Origin: Antechinus flavipes
Taxonomy: Eukaryota
Reading direction: 5' to 3'
NCBI RefSeq assembly: GCF_016432865.1
Contig: NC_067402.1
Location: 16,368,001 to 16,432,000 of the forward strand
Length of the DNA stretch: 64,000 bases
Position numbers and translations under genes: made by a program
In this document: positions 58,801 through 64,000 of the stretch, in pieces
How positions within the stretch are numbered: the first letter of the stretch is position 1
Layout: every line of letters starts with the position of its first letter
The notes under the pieces: generated by a model
Told to the model about the DNA's origin: nothing
The model's input: the letters and a program-made list of their open reading frames with translations, nothing else
The model's database searches: none

Positions 58801-61800
58801 GGGGAAGAATGGAACGGAAGAATGGCTCTTTTTCTAGGCTAGACTTGACCTCTAGCCTGGGATCTGCGAATTGCTGTCCGGTTTCCAGAGGCAGATCTTT
58901 TTTCTCTGTTTCTTTATCGGCGATTGCAAAGACAGGGAGGTCAGAAATCAGTGGATGAATCAGAAAAGTGTAGGTGATGGCCTGGACATTCTATTACTAG
59001 ATCCATGTCGGGTCTGTGGGGAGAAAGTGGGTAATAAAGTCTCTGGTATGTTTGAGGGGGAGACTGGAACCTTATAGGTTTTTTCCTTCCTGCTGAACAA
59101 CAAAGTCAGGATTAGAGGACTCTAAACAGCTGCGATCTGAGCCTTCTTGTTGCCGAGCACGACAAAAGCAGAGACACCGGCATCTTACTTGGAAAGAAAG
59201 CAAGAAGGTAGCTGGTTTTCTTTCCTCTTGTGAACCATCAAAATGATCATTTTTTGTGGCCAGGACTCCCTACTTTTCCGATCATACTTTCGGCTCTAGT
59301 TTTGCCCAGGATGGAATAAGATGCTGTCTGCGGGGGCTCCAACCTGGGTCCCTGGATGAGCCTAAAGAAGCGTAATAGCCTCCAGAGCTGGAAAATAGCT
59401 TTTTCAGCCCTAGCAGAGAATTCTCCCTCCCCGGAACTGGCTTGCGAAAAGCCCGGAGCGTCTTTGCCTGGGTTCCGAGGTTCGGAAACGGCAACGGGGA
59501 GCAGCCTCCCGAGAAGGCTGTGAGTTGCAGGAAAGCCTGACACCCGGGACTCACTGACCGCAACACAATGGCCTCTGTCCGTCCACTCCAGTGCTGTCCT
59601 TTCCAGTCCCCAATTCCTGGCTTTCCTCTCCAGAAGAAAGGAGATAAGATATAGATAGGGACGAGCCTTTTTTTTTTTTTTTTTTTTCCATCTTAACTGG
59701 AGGTGAAGGCCTGAGATTTTGAGATCTCATCTGTTTTAGCCAGAGGCTTGGAAGAACCGCTAATCCCTGTGATGTGAATCTGCAAACAGGGAGGGACGGA
59801 AGCCCAAAGCCCCGGACCCCAAGGGTTGCTCTAGAGCAAGAACTTGAAGGATACGAAAATAATTGCTTTGTCTTCCACTTGGATTTTCCTTAGCAAATGA
59901 AGTGAACCTGCTGAAGTGAACTCAAACTAGGAGGAACGCGGTCTACACTGATTCAGGCAGTGTATACCTGGCTGCGTATGGGTCACAAAGGGGATGAAGA
60001 AGCTTCAGGGCGTTGTAAAGACGCTCCGTATTTCAGGATATTCATATGTTTCTAATGTAATCAAGGGACTTTATGAGGAACCTTCGCAGACTGTCTTAAC
60101 CCTCTCCCTCCCCAGGCCAAGAGAAGATAAGCGGAAAAACAAGAAGAATGGGAAGGGGAAAAAAAGTCATCTGGGGTAGGGGTCGGAGGAGATGGAGACT
60201 GAGGTGCCCAGCAGAGGAAGGGAGATTGGGAATCACGAACAGAAAAGGTGAAAGGGACTGAAGAGAGGAGGGGGAGAGTTGCGGAAGTGGGGAGCAGGAC
60301 AAAACCGAACCCCAAACCAGTGGAACCCAGGTCGGAAAAGAGAGACGAATTAATAAGTGGCTTTCAGAGAATAGAGCACCCTGCTCCCCCTCCCCTCACT
60401 CCGGATCCCGGGTAAACCCGGGTAGGAGAGAAGCTCCAAACTCTCTCCCTTCCTTAACTCCACAGAAAAGGGAAATTTCCTAGTGTAAATAGGCGATTAT
60501 TAACGGCATTCTGCCGGCTTGTTGGACAAGTCTCGGCGTCACCAAACAGCAGAAACCTCAGAAAGGGGAGGAATGGCCTAAAGGAGGCGACGGGTGGGGA
60601 CTTCAAGCCAGGCTAAGGTTTGGGCCAAGAGTTTCCTTTCTTTGGGGTCACTGTCCTCCTGTATTTTCCTTTGATACTTAGTTCAGGAAGGAGATGGGCA
60701 ATTGACGCTGGGTATATGGTTCAGCCCCAAAGAAGGCTGAGTATATTATGTAGGGTCGAAGGCAAAGGCTCTGATAAGGCAAGGAAGAGCTAGCGAGATT
60801 TAATCTCCGCCTTCTAGGGAGCACCGAAGCCCTGGACTCTTTGGCTGTAGGTCATCCTATGCCACCCAGGGCTCCTTGGGAAGAATCTTGCATCCAGCCT
60901 GACCAGCTCTCTCGGACAAAGGCCGTGAAGATTGTCTGTCTGGCTCAGGGTCAGAGAAATCACTTCCGAGGCTCAGGTAAATAGCTTCTTCCTGTCTGAA
61001 GCCAACAGCTCGGGTGAATGTCAATGATGGAGACAACTGATGGGAGCCACTTGGATATATCCTTAACCCTTGTGCTAGTTAGGGAGCAATGACTCTAAAT
61101 CTCAGGGGAAGACGGGTATTCTCCCTGGACGCAGGTTTCTTACTCTCTTCCCACTTTCGAAAAAAGCGCACACGAATCTCAGGTCCTCGTGCCTTCTGGC
61201 CCGTTACAGTCTCTGATTACAGCTGGGGTTCACTGGGGTTCGCCTGAAAGGGTCCTCACCACACCACAAACGTCTTGCCGATAGGCAAGTTCAGGACTAG
61301 CAACTAGAAAACAGGAGGAAAGCAGACAAACCGCACCTCGTCCATCCCCGTCCTGACTTTCGATTCCCCCCCTCTCTTATCTTGAATTGTAAAGACTTAA
61401 TTTTCCATAAGGAAGGCTCAGAAGAAGAGGCCTTTCCTGGCTTCTGAGACTTCATTCCCACCATGGACACACAGATCGTCAGAAGGAAAGACATCCAAAA
61501 ATTTAGAAGGGGAAAGGAAATTTAATTCCTGTTTCCAGAATGCAAGGAACAGGAGAGGGTCCCAAACCCAGAAATAGCTGGAGAAAGCTGAGGTGGATTT
61601 GCTTATTTAGGCCATACGACCTAAACCTTACTGAGCTTCCTAGCCTCCCTCAGCTTCAAGTTGCTGATACCTTTAGAACCCTGCTCCTAAGGGCTAGTTC
61701 TTTCTTCATGGATTCCTCCAGGTTTAGAAATTGGAGAAAGGGGGAGAAGAGGAAGAGAGAGAGAGACAGAGAGAAAGAGACAGAGACAGAGACAGAGACA

Positions 61801-62000
61801 CAGAGAGGCAAAGACAAAGATAGGCAGGAACCCTTTCCTGTCATTGCTAGGTGATGGATAAATGCATTTGCCTTGGACTCAGAAAAAAACATAGACATCA
61901 TGGCCCTGACCTCTTGTGTGTAGACAATCATGACACCCCATGAACTGTTAGTAAATTAATTTAAGGCTTTTTTTTTTTTTTGGCTATTAAGGTTTTTTTT
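55900..62000 (+). ncRNA. HOTTIP: HOTTIP-syntenic region (transcript not demonstrable from sequence)
   Basis: Position directly 5' of HOXA13 and divergent from it. No protein homology was recognised. Assignment rests on synteny only. Confidence 0.25.
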
Positions 62001-64000
62001 TTGTTGTTGTTTGTTTGTTTGTTTGGTTTTAAGAAGGAGAGGGAGTGGGGTAAGGAAAATAAATATTGAGGAAGGAATGATCTAATTTGGTAATCTCTTC
62101 CTCTCTCTTCTCCACTCCCACGCTTTCTGCTGGCCTGCGCCTACAAGCACGCCATTTGCAATAATTTAAGAACCCTCCCTATTGAATAATAACGGACCTC
62201 TACATCCTTGAACTAGTCTATGAAGTTCTCAATGTACAATGAAATCAAGGGAAATTCACTAATGGGGCAACGGTCAAATTGAATGTATGATCTTTTCAAT
62301 TACACACCAAGGTGTAATCATGGATTTATTGGCAGATTATATTGTGTAATAATTAGGTGTGCATGCACATATGCACTACACACATGCATACACACATATC
62401 TATAACTATTTCTATAGATATGGAATAGGTAAGGTAGATAGACAGACAGACAGACATAGATACAAGCAGGGGAATAATCTACAATTGCACCACTTGTGAA
62501 ATCGACCCTCAGACCCGGGTACGAAGCGGATTTCTTGGCCACTAGTCAGACTGGCCAGCTCCTATACTTAGTACTCAGGAGTCAGAGATGGATTGTCCAA
62601 GGCCTTGTCCTTGCCCTTCCAGTACACCTGTCCCTTGCGAAGGCCGAATGGCCTGCTTGGGTTTTCCCTGTGGCTGGGCTCCTCCGGCTCTCCCGGAGCC
62701 AAGCAGCCCTCCTGTTCTTTCGCCTTTCCTGGTCCCAGAGTTTGGGCTCTCCTGCCGGCGCCTGCTGACTGGCTGCTCCCGGCTAAGGCTGCCCTTTGTA
62801 CACCTTCCCGAGTCCCTGCTTTGGTTCCTGGAAAAGGGGACCCGAGCACAGCCCTCCAAATAACGCTTCGATATTTGTTTTTTATGGCAGTTGACATTCG
62901 GGAAAGCTCCGAGCTTCACTGGTCAGTCCTCAGGGTGTTGATGTTCGTTTTTTAGATTGAGAGAGTCAATGCAACGAGGAGAAATCAGAGCCTGCCAGAC
63001 AGAGCCGGCCACAGAGGAATGAAAGGGAAGTGAGCGGCCGATGTCGGGTTCCTTTCTTCTCGGCTTTCACCGCATTTAACGCTCGACTCAAGCGGCGGGT
63101 GAATGAGACCTGTTTTTATCTGAGTCGGGGAGAGAGAGAGGGTTTCCCCCCCCCCTCCGGTATCCGCCTTAATTTGTGACTTTGAGGAGAAAACTAAGAA
63201 AGTCCTTTAAAAAGAAAGGTAACAGCAAGGTGCGGGAGTAGAGGGTGTACGAAGGGAGGAGAACTGAGGCTGAGGAGGAGGTGGAAAGAATAATAGTCTC
63301 CTGGTTTCTGTTGTTCGGTCAGTGCTTTCAGAGTTGGGGAGAAGCAGAAAAAAGGGGGACCCCCTGAAAGTGAGGAGCAGGGCCGCTCAAACACGGGATC
63401 TCGGCTCCTTCATGCCCAGCCTGAAATAACTCGGCTCCCCCTTATCAAGATTATAAATTGATGGGCGGAGGATTTACGCCTCCCGTTTCCCCAGGAACGG
63501 CCAGCCTTTAATCAGGCATTTCTGTTTCCCTCCAGGACCTTTCACTGTGATTAAAGCCATGCCCCAGTCTTGATGCCCTCAGACCGATATGTGGTCAGAT
63601 AGAAAAAACCGAATTATTTCTTTTCTTGAAGACCTGCTCCCCGCTTACCACGCACGGACACACACACACATAACATACAGTCAATCTCCCTACAAAATGG
63701 TAAAAGCCAAAGCGATTTTAATGTAAATAATCACTTGGAGAGAGGCGGGCAGGAGATTTCCCTTAAAACCACCCCTGCAAACCTCCATTTTCAGAAGTAA
63801 CTGCACTGGCGATTGCTTTTTCAAAAACGTCCAACCTCTCCTTTTACTTCGGCATTCTTGGAGCAGATAAGCCGGTTGGGTCAGTTGTGAGCGAGTTCAT
63901 TGCTGGCCCTAATCCTCTGGCTGGGACCCTTCCCCAGCAAACATAGAAGGGGAGGGGGGGGTTAAAGGCATTTTTGAAAACAGGAAGAGGAAGAAAACTC

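Noticed and set aside
60407-60422. Inverted repeat CCCGGGT-AA-ACCCGGG
   Set aside because: A 7-bp stem is expected by chance in 64 kb, and there is no supporting context.
55640-64000. Possible HOXA14 pseudogene or EVX1 exons
   Set aside because: No homeodomain motif (WFQNRR-like) in the ORF track or by eye. EVX1 lies further along.
1-64000. CRISPR arrays, tRNA/rRNA genes, prokaryotic operons or defence systems
   Set aside because: The window is spliced vertebrate Hox DNA. No spacer-repeat arrays or structural RNA genes were seen.

Overview
Vertebrate genomic DNA covering the posterior half of the HOXA cluster, with all genes on the minus strand. In order along the window: HOXA7 exon 1 (exon 2 lies beyond the left edge), HOXA9, MIR196B, HOXA10, HOXA11 and HOXA13 (start codon lost in an assembly gap), then the HOTTIP-syntenic region. 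EVX1 is not reached. A non-eutherian-type HOXA9 N-terminus, lineage-specific homopolymer tracts and a LINE 3' fragment resembling an abundant marsupial repeat suggest a marsupial, possibly a dasyurid; this is inference. All splice junctions were read by hand and the joined CDSs stay in frame (HOXA9 262 aa, HOXA10 439 aa, HOXA11 321 aa). Six N-gaps are present. I found no wholly new biological system. The most interesting signals are regulatory: (i) uORFs or overlapping ORFs close to the start codons of HOXA7, A9, A10 and A11; (ii) the exact 173-nt HOXA9T cryptic intron; (iii) a probable HOXA10 upstream exon lacking an in-frame ATG; (iv) divergent CTCF motifs; (v) shared 3'UTR motifs; (vi) a splice donor beside the miR-196b hairpin; (vii) candidate antisense exons; (viii) a rare transposon fragment inside a Hox cluster. 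All comparisons with human or mouse are from memory and need checking by alignment.
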